This document shows positions 8,123-17,694 of a stretch of DNA of 64,000 bases, piece after piece. Location of the stretch: the IMG/VR virus record IMGVR_UViG_3300042397_000787; one strand, written 5' to 3'. Position numbers and translations under genes: made by a program. The notes beneath the pieces were generated by a model. The model made no database searches. It was not told the origin of the DNA and saw only the letters and a program-made list of their open reading frames with translations. Position 1 is the first letter of the stretch, and the number at the start of each line of letters is the position of its first letter. Source of the DNA: a virus.

Positions 8123-8467
8123 CTATAGATTAAAATTGATACTCTCTCCGCAGCCGCAGCTACTAGAAGCAAGCGGTGCTTGTATTTCAATGACGCTACC
8201 AATAATATCAACTTTTTTATTAACGGTGCTACCTATAAGATATAGTTCCGACGGTCTATCCAGCCAGAACGTCCAATCATCATACTCTTGTGGAAAGTCA
8301 TCTTCTACGAGTTCGTCAGCACTCTTTACCAAATCCCACTTGTAACTGAACCCGGCACATCCACCTCCTGCGAGAGATAGTCGAACACCTAGTGCGTTAT
8401 TTGAAACTGAGACATTACGAAAATGCTCAAGTGCGGATTCCGTAAACTGTATGCGGTCTTTTATCAT
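8123..8467 (-). CDS. iscA: IscA/HesB family Fe-S cluster carrier
   Basis: GGGCAGFSY and C-terminal SSCGCGES motifs. Confidence 0.9.
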   Translation of the reverse strand: MIKDRIQFTESALEHFRNVSVSNNALGVRLSLAGGGCAGFSYKWDLVKSADELVEDDFPQEYDDWTFWLDRPSELYLIGSTVNKKVDIIGSVIEIQAPLASSSCGCGESINFNL

Positions 8468-8471
8468 CAAA

Positions 8472-9140
8472 CTATTTATTACGACTCGCTTCGAATAAAT
8501 CACGAGTTTCGATAAGTTTTTTGGCCCAGTTGTCGCGCTTTTCTACAAACACCTGAGGCTCATCGCCATCTACAGCAATCAAGATAACAAGAAAGGGAAC
8601 AGGAATACCAGTTCGTTCTTCATACATGATTGCATATGCAGCGGTCTGCATAAAGTAGGAACTGATATATTCCTTCTTCTTGGGCCGATTAGAAGTCTTA
8701 AAGTCGATTACGGCGCGAATACCATTGTATTCTCCGATACAGTCAACGCGACCAGCCATACGCAGGAAGTCGCTGTATAATGCCAGCTCTTGGCAGTGAA
8801 TGTTATCGATAGGTTCAAGAATTGACTTAAACTTAGTAAACATTTCCTTGTCGAGCAAGGACGCTCTCACGCTATCAAAATCGACTTCTTCATTCTTTAA
8901 ATATGCTTCGGTAAGTGTGTGTATTTTAGTACCGCGAGTAGAAGCCTGCTTAGAAATGCGGTCGGCTTCTTCTTCACCAACGCGCTCACGCCACTTGTTG
9001 ATGCCATCTTTATTCAGAACACCGAGAACAGTGGTAGCAGAGGGATATCCAACACCCGAGGCATTGACATAAACTCTGCTACCATCTTCTCTTGTTTCAT
9101 CTTGGGCGAAATCAGTATAATCATAGATCGTTTTAAACAT
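8472..9140 (-). CDS. PD-(D/E)XK exonuclease
   Basis: YPSATTVL, RGTKIH, AGRVDCI, IDFKTS, Q..AYA. Confidence 0.88.
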   Translation of the reverse strand: MFKTIYDYTDFAQDETREDGSRVYVNASGVGYPSATTVLGVLNKDGINKWRERVGEEEADRISKQASTRGTKIHTLTEAYLKNEEVDFDSVRASLLDKEMFTKFKSILEPIDNIHCQELALYSDFLRMAGRVDCIGEYNGIRAVIDFKTSNRPKKKEYISSYFMQTAAYAIMYEERTGIPVPFLVILIAVDGDEPQVFVEKRDNWAKKLIETRDLFEASRNK

Positions 9141-9146
9141 ATACTC

Positions 9147-9174
9147 TTATAACATGATTCGCATAGTTTGTCAA
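9147..9174 (-). promoter_or_regulatory. Early promoter with GANTC spacer
   Basis: TTGACA-AACTATGC-GAATC-ATG-TTATAA. Confidence 0.65.
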
Positions 9175-9179
9175 GTCTT

Positions 9180-9935
9180 TTATGCGTATCTCTCCTCATA
9201 TTCTAATCTGGCCAGAATATATTCTTTAACCAATTTGGACCTTACTATATCATGAACAGAAAACTCTACAGTTTTGAACGAGGGCATTAGTTCGGCGATA
9301 GCGATGAACTTTTGAAGTCCAGACATATCGGTCTTTTTATATAGATCAGTCTGTCGGAAATCTCCGCAGAATATGATCTTTGAGTTTCTGCCAATTCTGG
9401 TCATAATTGAATTTAATTCCATATCCGTCATATTCTGACATTCATCAACGATGACGATGGAATTATCTAGAGTGATACCACGAACAAATGAAGTGATCAT
9501 AAAGTTCACTGACTTTTGTTCTTGCAATCGCTGAAATGGCTGGATATGATTAAACAAATCCTCGCAGATTTCTACATAAGGTAACTGATAAACTTCTGTC
9601 TTTTCTTTTTCATCACCAGGTAGGTGACCAATTTCTCTTGATGGAACAGCAGAGCGGACTATTACTACTCGCTCAAATACTGTTTCTGGATCTAGTGCTT
9701 CTTCTAGTGCCTTAAAAAGCGCGATGTATGTTTTCCCTGTTCCTGCTACACCGTGAAGTAATATTGCTGCGGACTGTTGATTATAAAGTTCAAAAAATTG
9801 TCTCTGATTAAAGGTTTTTGGTTGAATATTTTTTAGGTCTTCGTATTTTACTTTGCATAGCTTACTCTTCTCTAGGGTTACGGGCGAGTCATTATTTGAG
9901 ACAACTTGTAAGGCGTTTTGTTTTCTTCTTGACAT
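9180..9935 (-). CDS. phoH: PhoH-like ATPase
   Basis: GVAGTGKT, IGHLPGD, RGITLD, VDECQN, TRIG, GD..QTD. Confidence 0.95.
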   Translation of the reverse strand: MSRRKQNALQVVSNNDSPVTLEKSKLCKVKYEDLKNIQPKTFNQRQFFELYNQQSAAILLHGVAGTGKTYIALFKALEEALDPETVFERVVIVRSAVPSREIGHLPGDEKEKTEVYQLPYVEICEDLFNHIQPFQRLQEQKSVNFMITSFVRGITLDNSIVIVDECQNMTDMELNSIMTRIGRNSKIIFCGDFRQTDLYKKTDMSGLQKFIAIAELMPSFKTVEFSVHDIVRSKLVKEYILARLEYEERYA

Positions 9936-9964
9936 AACAGTCCTTTGAGGTTTGAGGTTGATAC

Positions 9965-9997
9965 AAAAAAGGCGACACTGCAATAGCAGAGTCGCCT
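9965..9997 (-). terminator. Intrinsic terminator-like hairpin upstream of phoH
   Basis: AGGCGAC TCTGCTATTGCAGT GTCGCCT TTTTT. Confidence 0.6.
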
Positions 9998-10061
9998 AGT
10001 GCCGAGGGAGGCACGATGGATTCGGGAAGAGAAATCGGTATAACTGTCTTCATGTAGTTAT

Positions 10062-10610
10062 TTATTGTGTATCATCTTTCCACCAGCAAGGAATTTCACG
10101 ATTTTTCCATTTTGCCATAGTTTTTTTTGCGCCGATATAATAGTTACGATATGATTGTAAGGAATCACCTTGTACCTTGTATTCATCTGGCATCGCAGGC
10201 GTCGGCTGTGTTAGATAACTTACCGGAATATTTTTGGGTGGCTTGCGAAGAAAATAAACTAATCGGTCGGTCGCATGAATTTTACCATACCGATAAGTGT
10301 ATTCTGCCAGTAGGGATTGGAATAGACATACAAGCCAGTTATAATTATTGTTAGACTGGCGAACCCAGATAGCACTCGGATGATTGATATGTGTTGCTTT
10401 GTAGAGAACTGTTTCAAGGGTGTTGTCTTCCATACGCCAACGCTTGATTGAACGGCCATTCGCAGTTTTGTCTAGGTATTGTTCACCGTCGATTACGCGA
10501 TGTGCAGTAGATAACAGTTGTGCATATTCTAAGATCATCTTAACGACATGCTTGTCATTATGATATTCAGCACATTTGGAAACGTCACGATCCAAATAAA
10601 AGATATTCAT
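10062..10610 (-). CDS. Pyrimidine-dimer DNA glycosylase / DenV-like protein
   Basis: MNIFYLD, DKHVVKMILEYAQLLSTAH, HINHPS..W, EYTYRYGKIH, YRNYY. Confidence 0.8.
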   Translation of the reverse strand: MNIFYLDRDVSKCAEYHNDKHVVKMILEYAQLLSTAHRVIDGEQYLDKTANGRSIKRWRMEDNTLETVLYKATHINHPSAIWVRQSNNNYNWLVCLFQSLLAEYTYRYGKIHATDRLVYFLRKPPKNIPVSYLTQPTPAMPDEYKVQGDSLQSYRNYYIGAKKTMAKWKNREIPCWWKDDTQ

Positions 10611-10616
10611 GATATA

Positions 10617-10886
10617 TTAACTTTCTTCGATAGATTCACGTATGCAGCGTATATGCTCTTTTGCTACACTTGATATTATATCAGATTCCCTCGCAATGTC
10701 AAGACATTCTATAACTTCAATTGGGTCCATTTCTAATAAATCGTCCATCATGTTTCTTTCTGGTGTAACTCCGAAAGCATTGACGCAAAATAAAACAAGC
10801 TCCACATCGGCATCCGTATATAACGGTATGCGATAGCGTCTAGGTTCCTTACGAAATCTATCTGGAAACTGGAGGATGTTATTCAT
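10617..10886 (-). CDS. Hypothetical protein
   Basis: ORF in operon orientation. Confidence 0.6.
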   Translation of the reverse strand: MNNILQFPDRFRKEPRRYRIPLYTDADVELVLFCVNAFGVTPERNMMDDLLEMDPIEVIECLDIARESDIISSVAKEHIRCIRESIEES

Positions 10887-10897
10887 GTTAATATTTA

Positions 10898-12331
10898 TTA
10901 GGAAAAGACTTTTACCATGTATTTCGCCTCGAAATCATCCGCGTCTTTGAAGTTATTCACCATGGGCATACCCTTGATATTAAGACTAGTATTCAATAGC
11001 ATTGGACAGCCGGTTTCTTCATACCACCTACTAAGAAGTTCATACAGTCCAGAGTGTTGCTCTTTTGTCACAGTTTGGACGCGACTTGTACCATCAGCAT
11101 GGACAATAGCAGGAAACTGATCAGGATATTTACATCTTGAAGTATATTGCATATAAGGGGAGTCTTCCCATGACATCTCAAAGTAGTCTCTCGCATGTTC
11201 TGCCAAAATAACTGGAGCGAATGGCCGAAATTTTTGACGCTTTTTAATGGCATTTACTTTATCCTTAATGTCATGTCCTCTTGGATCAGCTAGAAGGCTG
11301 CGATTACCTAATGCTCTAGGACCAAATTCAGCTTGACCATTTGCAACTCCTACTATACTAGCCTTATGCAATTCTGTCAAGAGTTTTTCTACTGGATATT
11401 CTCCTCCCATATCTGCACCTAGATATGGACCCTTCCAGTTCAATTTTTGTCTGTTGTTAGCTGCAATCGCACCCAAAGAACTACCCGAATCTCCAGGATT
11501 AGGCATAATCCAGACATTATCAAAATACTTTCGTGCAATATGATTTGCACTACAGTTTAACGCACAACCACCCATAAGAACGAGATTATTTTGTCCGGGG
11601 TCTTTCATTTTTGCTCGTATCAGAAGTTTTTCGAATTCTTCTTCATAGACTTTTTGAGTTGCCGCAGCGACACTATAAATGTCCAGGTCTCCATCATCTG
11701 GCCTCCACCAGCGACATCCACGATGCAGGTTCTCAGATTTCCAAAGATTTTTTACTTCATCATAATACTTTCCAGGATCACCATATGCTACCATTCCCAT
11801 TAAGATATATTCGTCTTCATTGGGCTTTAACCCAATTCTATCTGTCATAGCAGAATAGAACAGGCCCAAAGACTTGGGATAGTCCATAGACCATTTCTTT
11901 TTGAGTTTACTACCAGAACATTTCCAGATTGATGCAGTATCGAATTCCCCAATAGCATCAATAACAAGAGCGGTTGCATCATCATATGGCGAAGTGTAAA
12001 AGCCAGCAGCGGCATGTGACTCGTGGTGATAAGCAAACTCTACCGGAATATCTTTTAGACCAAAATGTTCAAGATACTGCCTGACACTAAATCGAATCAG
12101 TCCCTGACCGGCTAACAGTCTTCTCATTGCCCTAAGTTTAGGCTTTTCATACCAGTGAATTTTTTCTGGTTTGCCAAATTTCAAAGCAGCATGAATTAAA
12201 TCATCATTTAAGTCTTTGTCGTTTTTGATACCAGAATATCTTTCTGCATGGGAAGCAAACAAAATTTCATTGCCAGAAACAACAGTCAAAGACGCATCGT
12301 GTGCGGCCGCAGATATACCCCATTCAATCAT
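10898..12331 (-). CDS. Carbamoyltransferase (NodU/CmcH family)
   Basis: HDAS, HHESHAA, DAIGE, GGCALN, EFGPRALGNRS, RPFAP, LLNTSLN. Confidence 0.95.
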   Translation of the reverse strand: MIEWGISAAAHDASLTVVSGNEILFASHAERYSGIKNDKDLNDDLIHAALKFGKPEKIHWYEKPKLRAMRRLLAGQGLIRFSVRQYLEHFGLKDIPVEFAYHHESHAAAGFYTSPYDDATALVIDAIGEFDTASIWKCSGSKLKKKWSMDYPKSLGLFYSAMTDRIGLKPNEDEYILMGMVAYGDPGKYYDEVKNLWKSENLHRGCRWWRPDDGDLDIYSVAAATQKVYEEEFEKLLIRAKMKDPGQNNLVLMGGCALNCSANHIARKYFDNVWIMPNPGDSGSSLGAIAANNRQKLNWKGPYLGADMGGEYPVEKLLTELHKASIVGVANGQAEFGPRALGNRSLLADPRGHDIKDKVNAIKKRQKFRPFAPVILAEHARDYFEMSWEDSPYMQYTSRCKYPDQFPAIVHADGTSRVQTVTKEQHSGLYELLSRWYEETGCPMLLNTSLNIKGMPMVNNFKDADDFEAKYMVKVFS

Positions 12332-12339
12332 AAAGAATC

Positions 12340-13215
12340 CTATTTTGGTTTTATCAAATAATCATATATTTCGGTAGCAAACATTTTGTGGGCTTCGATG
12401 CCAGCATGTCCATAAGCACATCTTTCACCCTTATATTTATACATTGAGCCAACAGGTACAAAATTCAATCTATCAAATGTATCTTTATAAATCGTTTTTA
12501 GACGTTTAATTAAATCAATGTCTGTTTTTGTTTTTAAGAATTTTAAATTAGAATGCTGACTAGATGGATCATCAGGATAAGGAATGTAGGGATGCGTTTC
12601 TATAAAAATATGTGGTATATTTTCTTGGTGTAAAGCAGTTTGTATTGACCGTAAAATAATCATATTGTTCAGGGCCACTTGATATTCGTTATTAATTTGT
12701 ATCAGTGCATCATATAAGGTCTCTAGTTTATTTAATGTATGTCTATGAGACATAATAAAGTTGTGTAAATTACCTTCTTCATCTATGATCATATCTCTTA
12801 CAGGAGATGTCGCTCCTATAAATACCACATCTCCATCTTTGTAATAACCATTTGCTATATCCGACAGTATATTAAACAATATCTTTTTTTGAGAAGTGCC
12901 TGGTTCAGCAAAGTTCACATATTCCGTGGATAACATATCACTAAGATGTTTTGCGTATGAATATTGATTGCACAATTTCACATATCGGTCATTAGCTGAT
13001 TCCGAACACCTTGGATCTAACATGGCATAAACTTTACTGTATAGTTGTGCGTTCCAGTTGCTGCGCCCATATCTCATTTTCAAAGTATTGACTTCTTTGA
13101 GCGACATATCGAATATATCCGCATCTGCCAATTCGGACCCAGCAGTATTGGAACAGCCATAAAAAATTGTTCTTTTTATGTTGCATTCTTCAATATTATG
13201 GTATCGGATCGACAC
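12340..13215 (-). CDS. SGNH/GDSL-like hydrolase or acyltransferase
   Basis: FYGCSNTAG, NFAEPGTS, C-terminal GHAGIEAH. Confidence 0.5.
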   Translation of the reverse strand: MSIRYHNIEECNIKRTIFYGCSNTAGSELADADIFDMSLKEVNTLKMRYGRSNWNAQLYSKVYAMLDPRCSESANDRYVKLCNQYSYAKHLSDMLSTEYVNFAEPGTSQKKILFNILSDIANGYYKDGDVVFIGATSPVRDMIIDEEGNLHNFIMSHRHTLNKLETLYDALIQINNEYQVALNNMIILRSIQTALHQENIPHIFIETHPYIPYPDDPSSQHSNLKFLKTKTDIDLIKRLKTIYKDTFDRLNFVPVGSMYKYKGERCAYGHAGIEAHKMFATEIYDYLIKPK

Positions 13216-14329
13216 TTAGCTCATTCCACAAGTTATAAAATTTTATGTCTTTTTTAAGAAATTTTGTTTCTAATTCTTCAATCCAAGAATCTAATTGTAT
13301 CGTTTCATCTCTAACATTTGTAACTTCATTGTCGTCAACATGAGATAGAAGACTTTCTCTGATATTTACCAATTGAATGATATCAGAAGAAAAGTAGGAT
13401 TCATATTTGTCGATGCATATATCTAACTGATCTATTGCTAATTTTTTTATTTCAGGCGTAGCAGCAAAAATATTAAGTGAACGAGGAGAAGTCAATAGCT
13501 GAAATGTAATACCGTCATAATAGTCGCTGTAGTAAACATAATCACAGAATTCCACTAAACTTAAAGCACTGGGCAAACAATAGGTTGCATGAATAGTAAG
13601 TTTACTATCACTAAAATTTCTAATATATTTTACATTTTCCTCAAATGCATTCCATTTTGCACCATGTCTAATATATTCGAATTTGTCCTTAATAGTTTCA
13701 AAGCTAACTGCCCACTTAACTTTTTTTCCTAGAGTTAATAGCTTTTTAGCAACGTCATTGTTTTTAACATCTACCGCCATATTAGATAGGACATAGTAAA
13801 ACTTGTCAGGTAAAATATCAATTAAATCCAAATTTTGCTTCTGTAGTAGAGGCTCACCCCCTAGAAGTTGCACACTAAAAACGTCATCTGCATTCTGTTT
13901 TATAAACTCAAGCAATTGAGCATCGGTATCTTTCGAGTTCTTTTCAAAATTGTCTTGGAGTATAGATGCCCACTTAGAACTAAATTGTGAGTTACAGTAA
14001 ATACAACTTAGGTTACATGTGTTGTCCCATCTTAGATCCAGGGATGTCAATTGAAAATCTGTTGGTTCAGAGAAGTTTTTAGGATTAGTAATCTTTCGTT
14101 GTGATATACTTCCTCCTTTTTCTGCCAAATCACAATAAGAACAATAACTTTCTGGTTGGCCAAGTAGAATATTTTCACGAATTTTATTAGCCTTTTTCCC
14201 TAGTAACATCTCAGAAGGATTGTCTTTTTTTATGTTACCCAAAGGAAAAGAGCCAGCACAACAGAACTTAATATCTCCGTTGGTGTTGAGAAATAATCCA
14301 GTAAAAGGATATTCACAGAATTTATTCAT
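13196..14329 (-). CDS. Radical SAM protein with N-terminal SPASM/twitch-like Cys domain
   Basis: CNLSCIYC, GGEPL; N-terminal C..P...CC...CxxC. Confidence 0.92.
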   Translation of the reverse strand: MNKFCEYPFTGLFLNTNGDIKFCCAGSFPLGNIKKDNPSEMLLGKKANKIRENILLGQPESYCSYCDLAEKGGSISQRKITNPKNFSEPTDFQLTSLDLRWDNTCNLSCIYCNSQFSSKWASILQDNFEKNSKDTDAQLLEFIKQNADDVFSVQLLGGEPLLQKQNLDLIDILPDKFYYVLSNMAVDVKNNDVAKKLLTLGKKVKWAVSFETIKDKFEYIRHGAKWNAFEENVKYIRNFSDSKLTIHATYCLPSALSLVEFCDYVYYSDYYDGITFQLLTSPRSLNIFAATPEIKKLAIDQLDICIDKYESYFSSDIIQLVNIRESLLSHVDDNEVTNVRDETIQLDSWIEELETKFLKKDIKFYNLWNELSVDPIP

Positions 14330-15191
14330 TAATCAAATACTTATATAGTTCTTCTGCCATCACTTGGTGTTCAGAAATTTTAGGATGACCGAAACCACAA
14401 TATTTTGGATGAGGCTCTAATGCATTCCAATTTCTACCATATTCATAACTCTTAAAATAATAATCAAGTTTCATGATGGAGGGCAAATCTTTACTTTTTT
14501 CTGCTATACGATACATATTTGATTGATAGAAAGTCGGATCTGAAATCCCTTTGAAAATATTATTGTAGTTAGTGGTGACATGAAAACTTTTTACTCTACC
14601 ATTTGTTCGATGGTAGAGATTATCAATATATTGAATTTGCCAGTAGGCATCCCAGCATATTTGATATGTGTTTCCCACGGTAGCTACATAATCTTTGTGA
14701 AATTTCGGCGAGGGCCAATCCGCATGATATGACAATAACGGCTTCTTCGTTATTCCATTCTCATTTAACCAAAACCATCTATTAGCACTTGTTAATCCAA
14801 ATAGAACTAAGTCTTTATCTCCGATTTTCCCAGTGGCCAGGTCTTCCTCATAGCAGTATATTGAATACTCCATGCCTGCTCCACCAAGCCCTCTGTTTAT
14901 CCAAGGAACGCCAAACTTATCTGCCAGCCAACGCGGCCATGCCACTTCTTTGGTACGGCGTATCTGTTCGCCCCAATCCCATCTGCCGTTCTCATCGAAT
15001 AAAGTTTTATCGGAACAATACTTCGGATTATAATATTTTGTATTCCACTCAGGACAGTATAATCCGCCCAAGTCAATTTTTGTTTTATCAACTTCGTATT
15101 CCGTTAACGCATCAACAAAAACATGATCTAGCGTTTCATCACCGGCAGTCATACTACAACCATAAGCAATGATTCTATCGAATTCAATCAT
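14322..15191 (-). CDS. SGNH/GDSL-like hydrolase or acyltransferase
   Basis: AYGCSMTAG, NRGLGG, GHPKISEH. Confidence 0.5.
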   Translation of the reverse strand: MIEFDRIIAYGCSMTAGDETLDHVFVDALTEYEVDKTKIDLGGLYCPEWNTKYYNPKYCSDKTLFDENGRWDWGEQIRRTKEVAWPRWLADKFGVPWINRGLGGAGMEYSIYCYEEDLATGKIGDKDLVLFGLTSANRWFWLNENGITKKPLLSYHADWPSPKFHKDYVATVGNTYQICWDAYWQIQYIDNLYHRTNGRVKSFHVTTNYNNIFKGISDPTFYQSNMYRIAEKSKDLPSIMKLDYYFKSYEYGRNWNALEPHPKYCGFGHPKISEHQVMAEELYKYLINE

Positions 15192-15291
15192 AAATGAACG
15201 GGTCCTGCTTTCGGATCTCAGCCAGTCTCTTTTTATACTTTTGCTTTAGAACATATGAATTATATAATCTTTGAATCCATTTAAACAACAT
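15184..15291 (-). CDS. 35-aa basic peptide ending DPFIYD (not in ORF track)
   Basis: MLFKWIQRLYNSYVLKQKYKKRLAEIRKQDPFIYD*; overlaps both neighbours, suggesting translational coupling. Confidence 0.65.
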   Translation of the reverse strand: MLFKWIQRLYNSYVLKQKYKKRLAEIRKQDPFIYD

Positions 15292-16453
15292 AAATTTCGT
15301 CCCTATTATTATTTTTACCACATGCTTCTGAGCAAACATAAAGTTTACCGTCAGAGCAGCTTTTCTTCTTCCATGTATCTTTCAGATTTTGATAGTAAAG
15401 ACCATCGACAATTGTTTGAAAGTTGCTAGTATTTAGATTGATGGAGGAAGTTCTTGTTTGAGAATAATGCCATTTTTTAAATTGATATTCATCAATTCTA
15501 TGATAGCTATTATTAATCGCACTATCAAACCAACAACATGGTAGTAAATCGCCACTAGAATTGACATAAAATGTTTTCTTGTTATTAGAATTGCATTTAG
15601 GTTCGATTTCAGTATGCTCTAGTTCACTGGTATATTCTTTTGGACTTCTGAATATCTTTTTAAAATCTTCATGTTCGTCTTCTATGCTCATAAAGATATC
15701 TCTTACATCAACAGCCGTTTTATCCATTCGCTCTACATCATAGTTTCTAAAAACGATGTTTCTTTCGTTGTCATATTGAAAAGACACTCTATATTTTTCA
15801 GATGGTGCCTGAATTGCATATTCAAACTTACCGGTAGCATCATGAACTGGAATACTACTAACACTCTCAAATCCTAGCGGTCGTTTCGCAATAAATTTTG
15901 CTCCAACACTCTCGGCCAAACTTTTAGCGTAATTAACCTGATGTTCATTGTGGGCAAATACTAAAAATTCCCAGACAATATTCGCACCAGTGGTAGTAGC
16001 GGCAATAAAATTATTAAATGCCGTATCCCATTTGACATTTCTACGATATATATGGTTGGTGTCTTCAAGCCCATCTATACTAAAGACGATATCTCCCTTG
16101 TATAATTCTGGATTGAATAACGCGCCCATTTTTTGCCAGAAATCTTCATTTCTAGTGCCACCGTTTGTGTGAAGTCTTATCGCTGATTTAGGCGACACTT
16201 CTCGAATATAGGAAACAATTTCGTGTAGATCCCTACACAATGAGGGATCACCAGAACTTCCGCATAAAATCCACACTTCAACTTTTTCACATACTTCCGG
16301 CGTGAACCAAGTTTTAAATTTTTCTAGACTAATCTGAGATAATTCAATCGTGCTTTTAGTTTTCCCACCCATCCAGTTACGTGTGCATCCGGGGCATGCC
16401 GCATTACAGTTATTGGTGAGTTCGATGTGTAACTCGTAAATATTAGGAATCAT
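15281..16453 (-). CDS. Radical SAM protein with C-terminal SPASM-like domain
   Basis: HIELTNNCNAACPGC, FSIDGL, LPCC...C...C. Confidence 0.92.
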   Translation of the reverse strand: MIPNIYELHIELTNNCNAACPGCTRNWMGGKTKSTIELSQISLEKFKTWFTPEVCEKVEVWILCGSSGDPSLCRDLHEIVSYIREVSPKSAIRLHTNGGTRNEDFWQKMGALFNPELYKGDIVFSIDGLEDTNHIYRRNVKWDTAFNNFIAATTTGANIVWEFLVFAHNEHQVNYAKSLAESVGAKFIAKRPLGFESVSSIPVHDATGKFEYAIQAPSEKYRVSFQYDNERNIVFRNYDVERMDKTAVDVRDIFMSIEDEHEDFKKIFRSPKEYTSELEHTEIEPKCNSNNKKTFYVNSSGDLLPCCWFDSAINNSYHRIDEYQFKKWHYSQTRTSSINLNTSNFQTIVDGLYYQNLKDTWKKKSCSDGKLYVCSEACGKNNNRDEIYVV

Positions 16454-17694
16454 CTATATGCTTCCAATTTTTTTGCCCAGTCTGGAAAGTATTCAGAAAA
16501 CTTTTGATTTTTATACTTATCATGTTTTTCTGAAATAACATAGAAATTGCTGAAATGTCTTTCCGAAGGCCTCTCTGACATTAAATGCGTAGTCACATTT
16601 CTTAGCGTATCAAAATTCCATTCATTAGCCTCTTTATATTCAGAAATATAAGATGTGATTTTTTGGATTAGCTCTAGCTTAATTTCTCTGGGCAAATTGG
16701 TTATCTTATAATGATCTGGCTTGTATAACATGTTATACCATATACCAGAATTCACTCCATATCTATTACGTATGAATCTATCAAACTCTGTGATGTGGTC
16801 AATATTAGCTATGCTTATAGTATAACAAAAACTAATCTTTATTGACGGATGTTTCCGACTTAACTCATGAAACTTGTCAATATTTGCAAGAACCACATCC
16901 CATTTTGCAGGATGTCTCATGTATTCAAATACCTGTTCTATTCCATCGATACTTAGTGCAATATCAGAGGTTTGAAACTGAGTGAAAACATCAATCTGTT
17001 TTTGACTAGGAAAAATTGTGCCATTTGTATTACAATGCAGGTACTGGGACTTACTTACCCCAGCTTCAATACACTTATGTAACATTTTCCATGGCTTAGT
17101 AATTAATAACGGTTCACCGCCATAAAAGTCAATTCTTTTAGATTGTAGAATCCATTGTTCAAATTCTTCCCACAATAATGGATTGTCATCCGAGTAACTT
17201 ATTCTCGCGGGCTCGAAGCGGGCAAGAAATTTTCTTTTATCTGCATATTCTTTTAAATATACATCATATTCTTCTGTTTGCCAAGCACTACTGCTATTTG
17301 AGTTGCACGTTCTACACCTTAAATTGCATGTATTACCAAACTTCATGTCAATATAGAACGGCGTTTCTGGGCCCATAACATCAGGATAATCCTGTTCATA
17401 TTTTTCCCACAAATGTTGCTCTCTCAGGCGCTTACTAATTTTTCCTCCAGCATTTTCTTCTTCCCAACAAGCAATACAATTGGGATGCTGAATGCCAGCA
17501 TCTAATGCTTCCAAAATTTCTCGTCTGTGATTGCTTTTCCAAAACTGACTAGGCTTATGCGTATTGAACCGCATCTCCTTGCCATCATCGTCTAATAATA
17601 CGTCTCTTGCCATGCAGCATGTTTTAGCATTGCCCATAGTCTCGGTTGCAATTCCATATTTGGCAGTCAGACAAGTTAATTTTTTGGTAGACAT
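16450..17694 (-). CDS. Radical SAM protein (twitch-type N-terminal Cys domain)
   Basis: CNLRCRTC, YGGEPL, NTNG, SIDG. Confidence 0.92.
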   Translation of the reverse strand: MSTKKLTCLTAKYGIATETMGNAKTCCMARDVLLDDDGKEMRFNTHKPSQFWKSNHRREILEALDAGIQHPNCIACWEEENAGGKISKRLREQHLWEKYEQDYPDVMGPETPFYIDMKFGNTCNLRCRTCNSNSSSAWQTEEYDVYLKEYADKRKFLARFEPARISYSDDNPLLWEEFEQWILQSKRIDFYGGEPLLITKPWKMLHKCIEAGVSKSQYLHCNTNGTIFPSQKQIDVFTQFQTSDIALSIDGIEQVFEYMRHPAKWDVVLANIDKFHELSRKHPSIKISFCYTISIANIDHITEFDRFIRNRYGVNSGIWYNMLYKPDHYKITNLPREIKLELIQKITSYISEYKEANEWNFDTLRNVTTHLMSERPSERHFSNFYVISEKHDKYKNQKFSEYFPDWAKKLEAYR

